Shown in pieces: positions 1 to 12,422 of a stretch of 64,000 nt of DNA. Positions within the stretch are counted from its first letter, which is position 1, and every line of letters begins with the position of its first letter. The notes under the pieces are model-generated. The model ran no database searches and was not told the origin of the DNA. It saw only the letters and a list, made by a program, of their open reading frames with translations. The position numbers and the translations under genes were made by a program. This stretch comes from Octopus bimaculoides (Eukaryota), in assembly GCF_001194135.2 (NCBI RefSeq), contig NC_068983.1, forward strand, positions 142,029,600 through 142,093,599, in the 5' to 3' direction.

Positions 1-171
1 GCTTGATAACTGATGTTGGTGTGTTTACGTCCCCGTAATTTAGCAGTTTGGCAAAAGAGACTGATAGAATAAGTACTAGGTTTACAAAGAATGAGTCCTG
101 GAGTCAATTTCGTCGACTAAAAGGTGATGCTCTAGCATGGCCACAGTCAATCGACTGAAACAAATAAAAGA
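1..171 (+). mobile_element. SINE 3' part (tail ...ATAAGTACTAGG...CAGTCAATCGACTGAAAC AAATAAAAG)
   Basis: Same tail seen at 45421-45522 and in the full copy at 60814-61173. Confidence 0.75.
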
Positions 172-175
172 AAAT

Positions 176-228
<53 letters not shown>

Positions 229-1934
229 CTCTGGAAGAAAGGTCTGTACTCATGGCTTTCACAGGTTCTTCTAGACTGGTGAAATCAGATGAGAGACAGA
301 GAAAATATAGTAAGGCCTTGAGAAGCACTAATCCTCCGAGGATGATAATAATAAAAGTAAAGATTTTTTTAATTAATCAGTGAATTATGGGTGTCTTGTT
401 AGAAATTTGTCTGTCTTTGTACTCTATGCACCAACACCACCACTGTATGTGATCATTAAAAATAACGGAGTTAATTATATCTTTAGCTTGTGTAAAAGAG
501 AGTTGTCAAGAGAATTAAGTGCTATTGGCAGGGTTGCTATTAAAAATACTTGGCACAAGTATTGTTATTCTTAAAACACTTATGCATACACACACAAATC
601 TGCTTGACTGTCTCACTGAATTAGTAAATACCAATCTGTGAATGAAAAGTTAATCTGAGACAGATCAGTGTCCTATCCACTAGGAATTTTTGTCTCATTT
701 ACTTGACTATGGAAGCTTGAAAAAAATTACTGAAACACTTGGGAAAAAGTTATTGAAACTCTTATGTAATATTGAGTTTTTTTTTGTTTTTTTTTTCGTT
801 TTTTTTTTTCAAATTTATTTTAATGAGAGGGGACCATGAAAAATATCCATAATGGGGTTGTTCATCATCATCATCTTGTTATTGTTCCTCTTTAAAAAGG
901 ATAAGACACAAATTATGATGATTTTAAAATGTAACTTTTGAACCTCTTCTGGGAAAACTGTTGAAATACCAGGGTGACACCTTGTAAGGAATAGGTATGC
1001 TTTATGTTTGTGTGTGGTGAGCTTGTTCATCTTAGTTAAAAATCACCTCAACGTTGTCTCAATGAAAACACCAGTTGGTGGTAGTAAACTTTACACTATA
1101 CATGTGATGCAGTTGACACGTACATTGTATCAGTTATTTTTGAAACGATAAGATTTCATAACTAATTACACCAAGGTTCAAATAGCTCAGGGGAAAATTG
1201 CAGGATTGTGAGGTGTATGGGGAGAAAGCAGATCATGAAATGAATGCATAAGGAATAAGTAGTGGATTCTTTGAGAATTCTAAATGCACAAGTACATCAT
1301 TTCCAGCAGTAACAGATAAATTTCTCTTATCACTCATTCATTTGCAAACAAGTGCTAAGTGCTGGTCTTTAAGAACACTCTAAGACTGCAAGAGACATTC
1401 ACAATTCATTGCTTAAGACATGACACTATTTTGTATTAACTGCACTCAAGTAGGTATGCTTTACTATTGTTATGGTTGGTTTCTTATATAGTTCATTGGC
1501 TGTTAGATTGAAATTTGTATTTTCATTCAGTTGGATAAATCATTGAGCATACTTATTCTTTATTTAGTGTTCTATATTGTCCTTGTTACTATCGCTAATT
1601 ATGATCTCTATGAAAAACAAGCATGTGTGGGTGAGGTTGAATGGGGTAGGAGCAAAAGCATTGATAAGTGAGTATATATGTGCATGAACATACTGGTGTG
1701 TATGTATTGAAAATGTGTGTACAAATGGGAGAAAGAGTACTTAATTATAACAAGAAAACTTTTGCAGACATAATGTATTTAATGTATAAGGAAATCAGCC
1801 TTAGTTTCATAAAGTTTTAAAGATTATGTGAAATTTAAACAATATCTCAGCTGTGTTATTGAAAATATACACATATGGAATGTATCAATTTTGTGCTCGA
1901 AATAAATGTTATTTCTATTTAACCACAAGTCAAA

Positions 1935-2120
1935 CTTTATTGATCAACCTATGATTAAAGGCATTTCAATCATGATCAACCCATTCTTTTTCTAGACATT
2001 TGTCTATCTAGGACTACATTCGTCAAATGTGTTCTTTTTTTTTATGATGGAAGGAGTGATTTGATTTGAGAGAGAATTGGATGCTATTTCTAGTAGATTG
2101 AGCTATCTCATATAGAGGTT
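1935..2120 (+). repeat. Unclassified dispersed repeat (copies also near 26965-27150 and 63440-63500)
   Basis: Shared segments ACCT(A/G)TGATCAA...TATCTA...GAG(A/G)GA(A/T)TTG(G/A)(A/C)TG(C/A)TATTT visible by eye in several places. Confidence 0.5.
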
Positions 2121-2859
2121 TTGTCACTGTTTTGTGCTATCATTTTAATTTCTACTACTTTTGATGGTGTTGCTTGAGATTAAACTTATTTTATATTTAG
2201 GCAGTAAAATGACAGAATCATTAGTGATAGGAAAAATGCTTTGCTGTATTTGTTCAGGCTCTGTACATTCTGAATTCAAATCTTCCTGAAGCCAACTTTG
2301 CCTTTCATCTTTTCAGTGTTGATAAAAAAGAGTACCAGTCAAGTACTGGGGTTGAAGACATTGTCTCATCTCCTCTTCTGGGAGCTTTGTGCATAAATTA
2401 GAAATCATTATCAGCCAACTTTAACATGGGAAGAATATTCTTGAGTGGTTTACTGTTAGCTACTCCAGGTTTATGGAAAGACTTGAACACAGCACTTTAT
2501 ACCAATGAAATTGTTAGTGAACTGTCACTATTTATCCATCATGTTTTTACAATTACAACTATGTGGTTTGAATCTCTGAGAATTGTGTCATCATGAACTC
2601 AGTGTTGACAAATGATCTACAAATCATTGACTCATGTGGTCAATGACTTGTTTCAGGAGTTCAATTCCTGCCAAGGTTGACTTCACCTTTCATCCTTTCA
2701 ATGTTGATAAAGTAGCCATAGAGTATAACAGAGGTCTGTATAATCAGACTGATGTATGTCACCTGCACATAGTGGACTGGCAAGGTGGCCAGTTACCAAA
2801 CAACATACATCTATGAAGACCTATATTTGAAAGGATGTGCAACATAAATGCCTGTAGGT

Positions 2860-3200
2860 GTCATCATCATCATCATCATCGTCATTTAGCGTCCATTATC
2901 CATGCTGGCATGGGTTGGATGATTTGGCTGAGCTAGCACGCTGGAAGACTGCACCAGGATCCAGTCTGATTTGGCATGATTTTCTACGGCTGGATGTCCT
3001 TCCTAATGCCAACCACTCTGAGAGTGTAATGGGTGCTTTTGTGTGACACTGGTATCTGCCACAACTGCAATTTTGCTCGTCTTGATGGGTCTCCTTCTCA
3101 AGCATGACATAATGCCAAAGGTCTTGGTCATTGCCTCCATGAGGCCCAACACTCAAAAGGAGCTCAGCCACTTTACCTTTATGAGGCCCAAAAGATTATG
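2860..3200 (-). mobile_element. RTE LINE 3' end with (GAT)n tail, decayed
   Basis: Minus-strand frame DQDLWHYVMLEKETHQ resembles the RTE ORF2 end seen at 32440; followed by the AGGAAGG(G/A)CATCCAGC motif and (GAT)n. Confidence 0.7.
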
Positions 3201-3674
3201 CATGTAAAAAGAAAAGCAGTAATGCTTTTCCTTACAAAATTTATATCTTAGAATTCATTATATCCTCATTTTTAAAGACAGTAGCAAGTAGTGATGGATA
3301 TTTTACTGATGAAGCAACTGGTTACATGCAACTTTAGTTATTTCTGCTTCAAAAGATTTATAGAATGAGAAAGAAGAGAGAGAGCAGGTTTATCAAGAAG
3401 TTATTCAGTATTTTCTACTTGAGGGCCAACCTATCTTTATCGTGTGGCATGCTCTCATCTTAGCTGTAGCATTTAAAATGTCATTCCCATATTAAGGATG
3501 GTAGGGATCTTGTTTCACATGTATAAGTACTCATCTGTTTGCATCTCTCAGTGCACAACTGATTGATACTATGTGTGTGTGTGTGTGCAAAGCATTAGGA
3601 GCATTTTCTCTACCATCCTTAATATGAAGTCATTTTTATTGTTTTTCTGCACCCCTTGGTGTTACATGCATGCA

Positions 3675-3677
<3 letters not shown>

Positions 3678-3729
<52 letters not shown>
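3678..3729. repeat. (TC)n microsatellite
   Basis: Seen directly. Confidence 0.97.
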
Positions 3730-3733
<4 letters not shown>

Positions 3734-3979
3734 ATGTGTGCACAAACATAAATCTTACAAAAACATCTGTTCCTACATGCTGTGCTTTTTGAGCAAGTTT
3801 ACCTCTTCACTTCACTTCATTTCTTTTTGAAGCTATTGAAAACTGATATTCCAGAAAAAAAACTAAATAAATTTAGAACTTAGATTACATACCCCATGAT
3901 ATTTGCTACTATTAAATTTAAAAGTCTTTCTTTTTCTAATAGTTTTTTTTTCTTCCTCTCCAAGATTTACATCAATAGT

Positions 3980-4345
3980 TGTTGTTGGCACTCCGTCACC
4001 TACGACGTCGAGGGTTCCAGTTGATCCGATCAACGGAACAGCCTGCTCGTGAAATTAACGTGCAAGTGGCTGAGCACTCCACAGACAAGTGTACCCTTAA
4101 CGTAGTTCTCGGGGATATTCAGCGTGACACAGTGTGACAAGGCTGACCCTTTGAATTACAGGCACAACAGAAACAGGAAGTAAGAGTGAGAGAAAGTTGT
4201 GTTGGAAGAGTACAGTAGGGTTCGCCACCATCCCCTGCCGGAGCCTCGTGGAGCTTTAGGTGTTTTCGCTCAATAAACAATCACAACGCCCGGTCTGGGA
4301 ATCGAAACCGCGATCCTATGACCGCGAATCCGCTGCCCTAACCAC
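3980..4345 (-). mobile_element. tRNA-derived SINE, 5'-truncated, (CAA)n tail, 11-bp TSD
   Basis: Head GTGGTTAGGGCAGCGG...GGTTTCGATTCCCAG (B box); TSD ACATCAATAGT at 3969-3979 and 4346-4356. Confidence 0.9.
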
Positions 4346-7076
4346 ACATCAATAGTAGAACAATACATATATCACATAAACTTATTCGATTATCACAACC
4401 ATCTAAAGTGCTTATTTGGATGTTTTGCAGCAGTATCTCCCTCCCTATCAACCCCCTTTTTTTATTCACACAAATCCCACATATAAAATATATGCACATA
4501 TATATATTTGTACATGTTTTCATATTAATTTCGTTCTTTAACTTGTGCCCACTTTACCTTCCCCTCCTGCACTACCTGTCGTCAATAATCCTGTCTCACT
4601 GTCACATTCTTATTTCTTTCCTCTCATACATCCTGTTACTTTGTGTCCTGAGTACCATGAACTTTTGCCACACCTCCCTATCCTGTCCTATCGCATATCT
4701 CGAAATACTGACTATTTCTATCATTAATTCCACTCATTAATTCCACTCATACATCCTTCTCATTATTGTCATCCATGCTATGCTGTGAAGAGGTGGACAA
4801 GTGAACAGAGGCATGGGATGTAAAATCCCATTAATTACAATGAGGACGTGACCACATGTCTAGCGCTGATATGAAAAAAAAAAAAAAAAAAACACTCAGT
4901 ACACTTTTTAAAACGGTTGATGTTAAGAAGAACCCAAACGAAGCTGAAACACGAGCAAGTTGATTGAGGACCCGTCAAGGTGAGCTGACCCGTTCAATTC
5001 ATGCCAACATGCACAGTAGACATACAGACTCATATATTCATAACGAAGAAAAAAAATCTGCTGATAGTAACAAATGTACTCCGTACACGACGTATGCAGA
5101 ATGGAAGTTTTTTTTTTTTCTTTTTGATAAAATCATCTGGATGAGTTTGGTGCGCCACTATTTATAATAGAAAGTTAATGGCAAAATTAGTTCAAAAATC
5201 GTCTTCCTCAATCCTCAAACGACTATGCACGAGTTATATTTATGTTTAATTTTTTGACAAATTATATACATATATATTTACATAACGATGTGTATATGTT
5301 TGTATGTGTATACACACACGTACACGAGAGAGTGCTGAAAAGTTTCTGGCTTTGGGTAAAAAAAAAAGAAAAATACAGGAGGATCAGTTAATTATGATTA
5401 TATTCAACATATTACTCTTATTGCAGCGGTCCTTCAGCTTTTCTGAGCCTTGTAAAAGAACTCTGAAGGTTGAGCCTCCAACCAGGCCTTTCGCGACACC
5501 CTAAACGCCAGGAATCTTTCACCCCCACCTCCATTATGTGTATGTATATCATTATTCAGCTTTGTTTCAAGATTTGCCAATAGAGAAAGAGCCAGTTTCT
5601 AACCTAGATCCAAAGCTCCTCCATTGGAATTTCAACATCAACAACAGGGTATGTATGTATGTATGTATGTATGTATACATACGTGCAGATTTGTATGTTT
5701 TGTTTTATAAAGGAACTTCTATAGATACTAGTTGTTAAAGGCGTCGAAGTGTCTCAATGTGTTAACTGTATGACTTATGTTGTAACAAACCCCCGAAGCC
5801 TTTAACATCTACTGTATGCAGTACAACCTTCTATCCTCAACAGTCATTGCCTGCTTGGAAGGACAGAGATGATTCAAAGACTAACTGAAGACTGCTTTGA
5901 AGGAAAGAGTAGCGTCAATCCTTTTAATGAAAAGCACCAGTGTTAGCCATTCATTCTAACGCTCTTACTATTGGAGTGGGGATTTAAAATATGGAAGAGA
6001 AACGCGCTCAGCATTACCAGGACAAGCGAGAGAAGAGATATACACAGAGATAAATAACTAGCTTTTCCAGCTTCGTATGTTTCTAGTGCACTAAGAACTG
6101 TATATCAAGTGTTTTGGAAGGTACAGTCATCAGAGGGTCACCGAATTCGATGGACAGCCACAATCAAGAAATATATATATATATATATATATATANNNNN
6201 NNNNNNNNNNNNNNNNNNNNNNNNNNNNNNNNNNNNNNNNNNNNNNNNNNNNNNNNNNNNNNNNNNNNNNNNNNNNNNNNNNNNNNNNNNNNNNNNNNNN
6301 NNNNNNNNNNNNNNNNNNNNNNNNNNNNNNNNNNNNNNNNNNNNNNNNNNNNNNNNNNNNNNNNNNNNNNNNNNNNNNNNNNNNNNNNNNNNNNNNNNNN
6401 NNNNNNNNNNNNNNNNNNNNNNNNNNNNNNNNNNNNNNNNNNNNNNNNNNNNNNNNNNNNNNNNNNNNNNNNNNNNNNNNNNNNNNNNNNNNNNNNNNNN
6501 NNNNNNNNNNNNNNNNNNNNNNNNNNNNNNNNNNNNNNNNNNNNNNNNNNNNNNNNNNNNNNNNNNNNNNNNNNNNNNNNNNNNNNNNNNNNNNNNNNNN
6601 NNNNNNNNNNNNNNNNNNNNNNNNNNNNNNNNNNNNNNNNNNNNNNNNNNNNNNNNNNNNNNNNNNNNNNNNNNNNNNNNNNNNNNNNNNNNNNNNNNNN
6701 NNNNNNNNNNNNNNNNNNNNNNNNNNNNNNNNNNNNNNNNNNNNNNNNNNNNNNNNNNNNNNNNNNNNNNNNNNNNNNNNNNNNNNNNNNNNNNNNNNNN
6801 NTATATATAACGAGTGTTTATGAAGTTTCGAATGGAAAGAGGTTGCTGTTTCACAGGCATGTATTTTATTCAAGCGTACACCGGTTTAGCTCCATATCGA
6901 TTAATATACTTGGAATTCATTAATTTGTGTTAGTATTAGTGTTGACACTCATGAAGTTCTGTTAGTAGTTACAGATATTTTCGTCTATTCGATATAGAAC
7001 AGAAATTTGATAATATAATATAAGGAAAATGGAGAGTTTGAACACAGAAAAAAAAATCAATTTATTTATACAATAG

Positions 7077-7110
<34 letters not shown>

Positions 7111-7112
7111 TT

Positions 7113-7290
7113 TGGGCTCACAATCGTTATGTTAAGGGTTCGATTCTGTGACCAGGCAACACGTTGTCCTTGGGCAAGGCACTTACTTTCACGGTACTTC
7201 AGTCTACTCAGCTAAAATGAGTACCAGTGACAGGTGGGACTTATCCTACGAAGAACTGGCATCCCAATCTAGTGGAGAGTCTTATACTCG
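7113..7290 (+). mobile_element. tRNA-SINE fragment with CORE-like segment
   Basis: GGGTTCGATTC B box followed by TTGTCCTTGGGCAAGGCACTT...CAGTCTACTCAGCT..AATGAGTACC. Confidence 0.6.
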
Positions 7291-7431
7291 CTATTGTAAG
7301 TGTGTTTAAGCTTCCTCTTGTCTAGATTTTGCTTTATAGTTTTAAATACAAATATCTGGTATATTAGACTTATCTCTACTAGCGTGACTGTAACTCTCTT
7401 TAAAAATAGACACCATATTATACAAAATAAT

Positions 7432-7612
7432 ATTCTTTTCTACTCTAGGCACAAGGCCTGAAATTTTGCAGGGAGGGGACCAGACGATTAGATCGATTTC
7501 AGTACACAACTGGTACTTAATTTATCGACCCCGGCGGAATTTGAACGTAAAGGTAGACGAAATACTGCTGAGCATTTCGCCCGGCGTGCTAACAGTTCTG
7601 CCAGCTCGCCGT
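7432..7612 (-). mobile_element. tRNA-SINE family C (GGCGGCGAGCTGGCAGAA head, ATT-rich tail)
   Basis: A-box TGGCAGAACTGTTAG, B-box GTTCAAATTCC, then GGGGTCGATAAATTAAGTACCAG; similar copies at 25726, 33033, 51540, 55660. Confidence 0.8.
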
Positions 7613-9060
7613 CTTTACACAAAATAATATTAACTCATCTATGCAATGGTAAAATGGCTAAGGCGGTAGGGTTAAAGTAATCAAGCATACCCTTCTCTCT
7701 TAACGAGCAGCTTTATGCCTAAATTAGATATATTGAACGTTGCATATTAAAGAAACGAAGCGGCATTATTTAATTACATCCGTTTTCATTTTGAGTTGAG
7801 ATCCTATTTAGATCGATATTGAATTTCCTCTGTCATCGATTTAGTATTATGTACCGAAAGTTGATTCATAGTTAGGAATCATATTACTACATAGTTGTAG
7901 TCAAATTGTTCTAGTTTCAATCTTATGCGCAGAACCTTGGGGACAGTTTCTGTTTTTACGCTTAGTTAATGGAAACTGTGTGGAATGTGTTGGTTGGACT
8001 GAATCTGTAATTCAAATAGCCGATCCTGTTACACACTATTAAGCTGCTTCCACTGAAAGATTGCGTTATGTATGTATCTGTGGAATACTCAACCACAGAT
8101 AGTAATACAGTATGTAAGTAGTTTCAATGATTTGAGCACCTAGAACGCTCCCCCATTCATCGAAACTACCGCAACATCTATTCCTTTTAGCCAGATTGTA
8201 TTGGACATCTTTCGTAATTTTGTAACTTGATCTCTATTATCATTGTTCGTAAGTTTTGTTTACACATATTTCAATCCTAAATATTGATAACTTATTTATT
8301 TTACTAGTTTCTTAACAATAATAATTTCGTGAGTCTTCTCCCCTACATAAAAAAAAAAATCATGGGAAGATAACTCTTTTGTTGCTATTCCTGAATAGAA
8401 AATTAAATCACATTCAAAATGTTTTACCTGTATACATAGTTACCAACGTTATTGTATTCTTCTTAGACGAATAAAATGTACCGCGTTTCACTTTTCTCTT
8501 CCTTCGAAGAGTAATCAATAAATATTAATATCGATAAAAGAAAAAATAGTACGGTCTTAATGCTGTTTTCCTAATACGATTAAAATTCCCACTTTTTGCA
8601 CGTGTGTATTGTCATTGTTGCTACAACAAAACCCCTTAACTAAGATACCGCTCATTTTTAATATTCGTTTTTTTTTCTTTTAATTTTTTTTGTATGTCAC
8701 AAATTTTCTTTTCTTCATTCCCGATAACTTTTCTTATCTCGTGGAGAAATGAAATACTGAAATTTAAAATGAATTCGATGCAATCTGCAGATTGTTTGTG
8801 GTAGTCATTATATTTCAGTAAAGTATAACATTGGTTTTATCTCTCTTTTAATTGTTGTCATGCAAATATTCTGCCTTCTATGTCTGTTATCTGGAGTCTG
8901 AGAGAAGATGAGCTAATTGCACTTGATGCGTTGATAGAAATTGATCTATTGGGTCTCTGGTTAACTCGTGTTTGGCGTCGAGGTAATCTGTTTTTCACTA
9001 TTGTTGTAGTCTTCGTAAGGTACGACAATCGGATTAAGCTTATACAGCAACAGCCAATCT

Positions 9061-9132
9061 GCACACTTCTTTAATGGCCCACAACTCTAAAACATGACGG
9101 CACAGACAATTGGAAAGGTTATGAGGTAGTCG
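9061..9132 (+). other. PHTF: Probable non-coding 5' exon of PHTF (5' boundary unknown)
   Basis: Strong donor TCG|GTGAGT at 9132/9133, 204 nt upstream of the acceptor at 9336; locally CpG-containing region; AGCCAATC box at 9052-9059. Other donor-like sites at 8982 and 9019. Confidence 0.5.
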
Positions 9133-9385
9133 GTGAGTATATGTATTTAGTGTGAGTGAGTGAGAGAGGGAGAGAGAGAGAGATATCGTTATTTTTGTAT
9201 ATTTTTATATATTAAAAAGATATTTCATATAACTTTTGTTTTTAATGAACAAAATTACTTTTGAAACACAACTTCTAAATATTTCACGAAGTTTTTTCAG
9301 AAAATGTTATTTTTAATTTTTATTATTATTTTACAGGGAAAGTAAAAATTACTGAAAATTTTGGAGAAAAAGAGGAATTTTCCCC

Positions 9386-9448
9386 ATGGTACCCAAACTG
9401 GGAGCCATGCTTAAGATCCATGATATAATAGCCTGTTATCAAAAAAGG
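9386..9448 (+). CDS. PHTF: PHTF coding exon 1: (MVPKLGA)MLKIHDIIACYQKR
   Basis: Acceptor TTACAG at 9336; in-frame TGA at 9353-9355 upstream; in-frame ATGs at 9386 and 9407; donor AGG|GTAAGA, phase 0; aligns with vertebrate DAIVWYQKK. Confidence 0.88.
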
Positions 9449-9824
9449 GTAAGATTATGCTCTCTTTTCTTTTACCTGTTCTACAAGTAGTTTACCAAAC
9501 TGCACTACGTTGTTGGTACCAATTTGGCTTTGAGATTTAACCCCTGATGAAAACTATGTAATAGCTAATCTTACACCTTATTACTAAACGGTCAGGTTGT
9601 AGAGTGGTGTTTGACTGCTAGATACTCACAATAACCCCAGTTTCATGATATAAGTCTACTGTTACAATTTACATGTGATAAATGTATCCCATTATTTTGA
9701 TTACCATATTTATTAAGTTTTGTAATGTGTTGATAGTAACTAGTAAGAAGTTTACAATGGTTTATTGGTACTGGTAACAGAACACCATTTGGTTTGTTTA
9801 GCTACCAGTGTCATGCAAATTGGT

Positions 9825-10004
9825 ACCCGTGCTGGTGGCACATAAAAGCACTCCGGTGTCACTCAAATGTCACCTATGCTGGTGGCATGTAAAAGCACCC
9901 ATTACACTCTTGGAGTGGTTAGCATTAGGAAGGGCATCCAGCTGCAGAAAACCATGCCAGCCCAGTTAAACTGTTCAACCCATGGGCAACAGATGTTAGA
10001 TGAT
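9825..10004 (+). mobile_element. (GAT)n-tail retroposon 3' fragment with internal GGTGGCA..TAAAAGCAC repeats
   Basis: Two internal repeats then GAGTGGTTAGCATTAGGAAGGGCATCCAGCTG. Confidence 0.75.
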
Positions 10005-10174
10005 CTACATAATAATGCTCATTTTAATCAATTTAAAGAAATTTATTTAATTAATCATAAAGAAATACTATTAACACAAATATATTACAAAATATCAATA
10101 AAGAAAAAATATTAATTCAACTTTAATCGACCATTTAACATCAAACAACCTCTCACAATCTATATATGAAGCTT

Positions 10175-10495
10175 TAAAAAAAACGATAATCGTCGCCCTT
10201 TTAAAGCCTAGCCAGGCTCATGGGCCCGGTTTCCCAGTTTCTATGGTGTATGTGTTCCCTCCAGCTGGACAGGACGCCAGTCCATCGCAGCGTTACTCAA
10301 GAAACAGGAAGAAAGAATGAGAGAAAGTTGGGGCGAAAGAGTACAACAGGGGTTGCCACCACCCCCTGCCGGAGCCTTGTGGAACTTAGGTGTTTTTGCT
10401 CAATAAGCACTCACAACGCCCGGTTTGGGAATCGAAACAGCGATCCTCCAACCGCGAGTCCGCTGCCCTAACCACTGGGCCATTGCGCCTCCACC
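10175..10495 (-). mobile_element. Full-length tRNA-derived SINE with 12-bp TSD
   Basis: A box TGGCCCAGTGG, B box GTTTCGATTCC; TSD TATATGAAGCTT at 10163-10174 and 10496-10507. Confidence 0.92.
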
Positions 10496-12228
10496 TATAT
10501 GAAGCTTATCCCCCAATATTTGAATTTTAAAAAAAACTACTGATGATGGTGAATTGACAATGATGATGTCTTAATATACTTTGTTGACAAGTAGAAGTGT
10601 CATTGGAGTAGGTGCCATCTATTAGCAATCAGTTGAGTTATTTGGTTGATAATCCTCCTCTTCAACGATGCACGATGATAACTTAGCAGAAAAGACAGAC
10701 TTTCACAGTGAGTTACTAGCTTCAATTTATTGACTATGCCACTAAGATAAACTGTTAAGTGGTTGTATGGATCACTGTTAACTGGGAAAAAAAATACAGG
10801 GGATGAGAAAACATGAATTTCATCATAATGAAGCAAAATCACACAGTTGGAGAAAGCTAATAAAATATGGATACACAGTCGATGATAAATCGGCATACAC
10901 AATCTCAAAGACAATAAAATGCTGAGCAAGGGCAAAGAGATAAGCAGAAAGGGGAAATATATTAGCAGATGTTTGTTGGATTTTCATCTTTGTGCTACCA
11001 TTTCATAAAGACCAGGATTGCACAGACATAATTTCATAAGTTATGAACTAGGACAAATAGGTAATAGGGATGATGAATCAATAATATTCATTGTATTGTC
11101 AGACAAAGCTATTGAAAACAAGGTGAGCAGATGGTGACTATTATGACAGATGGACATGAAAATCCTGCTGTATGGTTGTTTTGGTTTCTTGTGTATATGA
11201 CATAAAGCTCTCACTTTTACTAATTTCTAAACCAAAAGAATATTGCCAAGGAAAATATTACATCCAAAATTATGTCCATTATAAAAGGAGATTGGATGAA
11301 GGTGGTGTGAAAATGGGTGGTAAAATAGTAAACAGAGATGATTTGTTGAATAAACCAGCTTTACCAGAGTGGGCATGATTCTAAACCCACAAAACACAAG
11401 CAACAAAGAAAAATAAAAGCTTACGCAATAAAAAACTGAACAAACAGTTATAAATTGCAAACACTTGATATTTCAGTAAGCAACCAACTATTCAGTTGTT
11501 TTAGGCCAGAAGACTGGAACAAATGGATAACCTTTGGAAATTTATTAAACCCAACAGGATAACTGAAATGACTTTCTATTGTACAGTTATGTCACAAGGT
11601 GGCTGTGGATTTAGAAGTAATACTAAAGGCATTTAAAAAAATGTTGAACCAGTAAACTAATGGATGGAAGAGAAGATGAAATTCTCTATGATAAAAATAA
11701 TAATAATGAAATTGTATATAGTGCTCAGGTGCACTACAACTTATCAAAGGTGCCCATATGATAGCAATGACCCAGCAGTAACTAGCTGTATTATTGACCA
11801 GTGGTAATAATGGTATTGATTAATTGGTTAAAAGATATATTTAAAAGACAGTAAGACAAAGTCTTCAGCTGTCTTAAGTCTCAAGAGATTTATTTCCAGT
11901 TAAAGATTAATAGTCTTAAAGTAGAAAGGTGAGATATTTTTTTTATTTTGATGATGATGTTGATAACTCTTTTTCTGCATTACACACACATACACACTCT
12001 GTCTTTGAATGTAATGGTGTTGTGGGTGTAACTGATTTTCACATTATGCAGTGCGCATGTAATGCAATAGTTGAGACTTTGCAATGTCTAGGAAACTGGT
12101 AATTGGAATTTGAACAAGCCTTATGGATAAATCATAGCAAACATGTTAGGTAGTGATGTAATTGATTTTGTTAATGCACGACTATTTTACTTTAGATTAA
12201 ATAATTTTACAAAATAGTCTTTGATAAT

Positions 12229-12288
12229 AATCGTCCAACCCATGCTAGCATGGAAAGCGGACGTTAAACGATGATGATGATGATGATG
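12229..12288 (+). mobile_element. 60-nt 3' tip of the (GAT)n-tail retroposon
   Basis: TCGTCCAACCCATGCTAGCATGGAAAGCGGACGTTAAACGATGATGAT, identical to the tail at 32874-32920. Confidence 0.85.
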
Positions 12289-12367
12289 ACATCACCAAAA
12301 AAACTTTTTCATCAAAATATACCTTGCTATTTTATTGTGGTTTATGTGCTAGGAAATATAGTAAGTT

Positions 12368-12422
12368 CATCATCATCATCATCATCGTTTAGTGTCTGCC
12401 TTCCATGCTAGCATGGGTTGGA
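12368..12422 (-). mobile_element. 3' tip of the same retroposon, opposite orientation
   Basis: (CAT)n CGTTTAGTGTCTGCCTTCCATGCTAGCATGGGTTGGA. Confidence 0.8.

Noticed and set aside
228-330. Second hammerhead candidates (here, 6100-6135 minus, 33573-33600, 58530-58560, 59040-59090 minus)
   Set aside because: Each lacks an intact CUGANGA, a GAAA directly after stem II, or a pairing stem I.
5428-5504. Terminal-exon-like segment RSFSFSEPCKRTLKVEPPTRPFATP*
   Set aside because: Acceptor-like site present, but no upstream exon with an open compatible frame and no known motif.
6109-6923. Long ORFs of 230-270 aa in the track (also 18902-19339, 43334-44189, 50709-51128, 53429-53954)
   Set aside because: They are open only because they cross N-gaps and microsatellites.
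8858-9074. Overlapping 64-68 aa ORFs on both strands near the promoter
   Set aside because: No recognisable homology; I looked for a head-to-head neighbour such as TMEM60 or RSBN1 and found no matching peptide.
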